This document shows positions 58,561 through 64,000 of a stretch of DNA of 64,000 nt, one piece after another (the stretch's first letter is position 1; each line of letters opens with the position of its first letter). The translations under genes and the position numbers were made by a program. The stretch comes from an uncultured Chloroflexia bacterium (GTDB lineage: Bacteria; Chloroflexota; Chloroflexia; Thermomicrobiales; UBA6265): contig CAVRUC010000007.1 in NCBI GenBank assembly GCA_963724295.1, positions 160,001-224,000 of the forward strand, in the 5' to 3' direction. The notes under the pieces were generated by a model. That model was not told where the DNA came from and did not search any database. It saw nothing but the letters and a program-made list of their open reading frames with translations.

Positions 58561-59553
58561 ATGAGCGCAACTGCACCCGACCTTTCGGTCGATCTCGCCC
58601 CTGACAATCCGCACGAGCTGCGACTGCGAAATCCGGTCATTGCCGCTTCCGGGTGTTTCGGTTACGGCGAGGAATACGCAGGCGTCATCGACATCGACCG
58701 CCTGGGCGCATTTGTAAGCAAGGGCATAACACCCGAGCGCCGCGCCGGAAACCCGATGCCACGCATCGTCGAGTCACCGGCCGGCATGCTCAACGCCATC
58801 GGGTTGCAAAATCCGGGAATTCATGGATTTGTCAAGAAGTACCCGGCGATGTGGGCGAGATGGACCGTCCCGGCGATCGTTAACATCTCGGCGGAATCGG
58901 TCAACGATTACGCCATGATGGCCGCCATCCTCGACGAGCAGCCATCGATCGCCGCAATCGAGGTCAACGTTTCATGTCCCAACATCGCCCGTGGCGGGTA
59001 TTGCTTTGGTTGGGATCCGTTGATGTCGGCGGAGGTAACGCGGGCCGTGCGATCGGTAACGACGTTGCCGATTATCGTCAAACTGAGCCCCGGAGCTTCG
59101 GATATCGCCTCTGTCGCCGTGGCTGTCGAAGAGGCAGGGGCGGACGCGATCTCGTTGATCAATACCCTGGTTGGTATGGCAATTGATGTTCGCCGGCGGA
59201 AGCCGCTTCTGGCCAATCTCACGGGCGGGGTTTCCGGCCCGGCAGTCAAGCCGATTGCCGTGCGGATGGTTTATCAAGTGGCGGCGGTCGTTCGGGTGCC
59301 TGTGATCGGGATGGGTGGGATCATGGGGCTCAACGACGCGCTCGAATTCTTCCTTGCTGGAGCGACGGCAATTCAGGTTGGCACCGGTATCTTTGTCGAC
59401 CCTGGCTTGCCGATCCGCCTCATTGACGATCTCGAACGCTGGCTCGAGGACGAGGGATTTTCGTCTCTGGACCAAATTGTGGGCATAGCCAATGACGGTT
59501 TTCGACTGGGGCAAGGTGGCGCGCTTGCCGCCTGGGAGTCGTTGGGGGTATGA
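58561..59553 (+). CDS. pyrD: Dihydroorotate dehydrogenase family 1B
   Basis: ASGCFG, NAIGLQNPG, NVSCPN, GGVSGPAVKP. Confidence 0.95.
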   Translation: MSATAPDLSVDLAPDNPHELRLRNPVIAASGCFGYGEEYAGVIDIDRLGAFVSKGITPERRAGNPMPRIVESPAGMLNAIGLQNPGIHGFVKKYPAMWARWTVPAIVNISAESVNDYAMMAAILDEQPSIAAIEVNVSCPNIARGGYCFGWDPLMSAEVTRAVRSVTTLPIIVKLSPGASDIASVAVAVEEAGADAISLINTLVGMAIDVRRRKPLLANLTGGVSGPAVKPIAVRMVYQVAAVVRVPVIGMGGIMGLNDALEFFLAGATAIQVGTGIFVDPGLPIRLIDDLERWLEDEGFSSLDQIVGIANDGFRLGQGGALAAWESLGV

Positions 59554-60602
59554 GATTCATCTTGCCACTGCTGGCGCTTGTACCGCTAGCACTCGTGTTC
59601 GAGTTCGCCCACATCGGCGGACCGACCGCGGTTTTCCTGGCCTCCGCACTGGCACTCATTCCTCTAGCGGGGCTGCTTGGTCGCGCCACCGAAGAAGCCG
59701 CCATTTACACAGGACCAAAGATCGGCGCACTTCTCAATGCGACGTTGGGAAATGCGGCAGAGCTGATCATCACCATCATCGCCCTCCGCGCGGGTCTCGT
59801 TGAGCTCGTGAAAGCCTCGATCGCGGGGTCGATCATCGGGAACATCCTGGTTGTTCTGGGCTTGTCCTTGCTGCTCGGAGGGTTGAAGAACGGAACGCAG
59901 TTCTTTGATGCAAAGGCGGCTGGGACGAACGCAACGATGATGGCCCTGGCAGTCGTGTCCCTCTCCATTCCTGCTGTATTCGCTTTGGGGCCCGAGCAGA
60001 CGCGGCCTTCAGAGCAGAACATCAGCTTCTTGAGCGACGGCTTGGCGATCGTCCTGATCGTCGTCTATGCGTTGTACATCTTTTTTTCACTACGACAGGA
60101 GAGTCCAGAAGCTGAGGCCCGCGAGCACCATGGCGCCCCGACAATGAAGCTGTCGGTTGCGTTAGGGCTTATGGCCGCAACCACGATCGGCATCGTTTTC
60201 ATGAGCGAGCTCCTCGTCGGGGCCGTCGAGCCGGTCGCCGAGCAGTGGGGTCTGTCGGAGCTGTTCATCGGCGTCATGCTCGTTCCCCTCGTCGGCAATA
60301 TCGCCGAGCACATCGTCGCGGTTCAGGTTGCTTACCAGAACAAGATGGACCTCAGCCTCGGCATCGCAATTGGCTCTGGTCTGCAAATCGCGTTGTTCGT
60401 GACGCCGGTGCTCGTCTGGATCAGCGTGATGCTGGGCAACCCGATGTCGCTCGTGTTCAACGGCTACGAGCTGGCAGGCCTAATCGGCGCCGCGCTCATC
60501 GCGGTGCTGATCTCGGTTGACGGGGAATCGAACTGGCTCGAGGGAGCGCAGTTGATCGCGTTGTACATCATGCTCGGGATCTCGTTCTATTTCGTTGGCT
60601 AG
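59550..60602 (+). CDS. Ca2+/H+ exchanger (CAX/ChaA)
   Basis: Alpha repeats GNAAE and GNIAEH; multiple transmembrane helices; DGESNWLEG. Confidence 0.93.
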   Translation: MRFILPLLALVPLALVFEFAHIGGPTAVFLASALALIPLAGLLGRATEEAAIYTGPKIGALLNATLGNAAELIITIIALRAGLVELVKASIAGSIIGNILVVLGLSLLLGGLKNGTQFFDAKAAGTNATMMALAVVSLSIPAVFALGPEQTRPSEQNISFLSDGLAIVLIVVYALYIFFSLRQESPEAEAREHHGAPTMKLSVALGLMAATTIGIVFMSELLVGAVEPVAEQWGLSELFIGVMLVPLVGNIAEHIVAVQVAYQNKMDLSLGIAIGSGLQIALFVTPVLVWISVMLGNPMSLVFNGYELAGLIGAALIAVLISVDGESNWLEGAQLIALYIMLGISFYFVG

Positions 60603-60612
60603 AGGCTACGCG

Positions 60613-61200
60613 ATGGCTTCAACAGGCACCGTCCTCGAGATGTTGCGCGCTTCGAGAGCCCTGAAGGCAGGACACTTCGTCCTCTCATCCGGACGTCATA
60701 GCGATCAGTACATCGAAAAATTCGACCTTCTGCGCCAGCCCAGAGCGACCTCTGAGGTATGTCGACTCATCGCCGATCGCTTCCAGGACCAGGTCATCGA
60801 CGTCGTCGTCGGACCGACGACTGGTGGCGTGATCCTCGCCTTCGAAGTGGCACGCCAGCTCGGTGTGGCGGCCGCCTACGCCGAACGATCGACTAACAGC
60901 GACACCTCCCGGGAATTCCGCCGCGGGACGGTGTTTGCAGCAGGCGCGCGGGTGCTGGTCGTCGACGATATCTTGACCACCGGCGGGTCGCTGCGAGAGA
61001 CGCTCGATGCGCTTGCCGCTCACCCAGTCGTGGTAGGCGGCGTAGCGGTACTTGTTGATCGCAGCAGCGGGGATCTCGACCTGGGCGTGCCCTATATGGC
61101 GCTTGCGTCGATGAACATTGAAACCTGGGACGCGGCGGAGTGTCCCTTATGCAGGCAAGGGACGCCGGTCGTGAAACCCGGTACTACGCCAGGCGTCTGA
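60613..61200 (+). CDS. pyrE: Orotate phosphoribosyltransferase
   Basis: GHFVLSSGRHS..Y, VVDDILTTGGS. Confidence 0.93.
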   Translation: MASTGTVLEMLRASRALKAGHFVLSSGRHSDQYIEKFDLLRQPRATSEVCRLIADRFQDQVIDVVVGPTTGGVILAFEVARQLGVAAAYAERSTNSDTSREFRRGTVFAAGARVLVVDDILTTGGSLRETLDALAAHPVVVGGVAVLVDRSSGDLDLGVPYMALASMNIETWDAAECPLCRQGTPVVKPGTTPGV

Positions 61201-61221
61201 TCGTGTTCTGTCGAGCAAGGT

Positions 61222-63593
<2,372 letters not shown>

Positions 63594-63778
63594 CTACCAC
63601 AGCCCTCTATCGAGCCGGATCACTGGCGAGTGCATCGGTTCGGGCCCGAGCGATGGACGAACTGCCGAGCGAACCAGACCAAATCGGACCGGTTTTCTCC
63701 GCGTCTAGCGGAACCGATGCCATTCCTGAACTGGCACGGCGGGCGGAAGCATTCATCACGGCGCAAGGCGGTCAGGCG

Positions 63779-64000
63779 TCAGAAGATCTGCTCGTCTCCC
63801 ATGTCTTCGGTTCGGCAGGATCGGTGGCGTTGTGGCGACCCCTGCTCCGTGAGGTACTGGGCCGGCACGATCGCCTCAAGCTGCGCGGCGATGGCGCCTG
63901 GCTCCTCGCCGACCATTCGGCGCAACCAGGCAGCGGGGCGCTCGACGAATTTGTCGTCCTCGACGTCGAAACGACCGGCTTGCAGCCTAGCCGCCAACGC
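63779..64000 (-). CDS. 3' end of an unidentified CDS (5' end outside window)
   Basis: The frame is open to the window edge; no motif recognised. Confidence 0.4.
   Translation of the reverse strand, partial: ALAARLQAGRFDVEDDKFVERPAAWLRRMVGEEPGAIAAQLEAIVPAQYLTEQGSPQRHRSCRTEDMGDEQIF

Overview
GC-rich bacterial chromosome segment, probably Chloroflexota and most like Thermomicrobiales. This taxonomy is inferred from protein style, the RNA polymerase insertions and the hypothetical genes; no database was checked. In order, the window holds: a SAM-cycle operon (PfkB/adenosine kinase, ahcY, metK); a split aconitase X pair behind a small SWIM zinc-finger gene; mobA and small membrane genes; a TPR gene and miaB; a protein with a duplicated four-Cys domain; rodZ-like; a coaBC operon; a sugar ABC transporter whose binding-protein gene has three frameshifts; rpoB-rpoC; the str, S10, spc and alpha ribosomal clusters (no infA; truA frameshifted) with rplM-rpsI; a pyrimidine operon (pyrC-carA-carB-pyrK-pyrD-cax-pyrE); and ligA. 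I saw no tRNA, rRNA, CRISPR array or mobile element. The most interesting unexplained signals are: (1) a promoter, structured leader and terminator upstream of the SWIM/AcnX genes; (2) a 6S-like long hairpin after metK; (3) the protein with two HiPIP-like Cys4 domains; (4) a candidate leader-peptide attenuator before pyrC; and (5) an unannotated 39-aa membrane microprotein.
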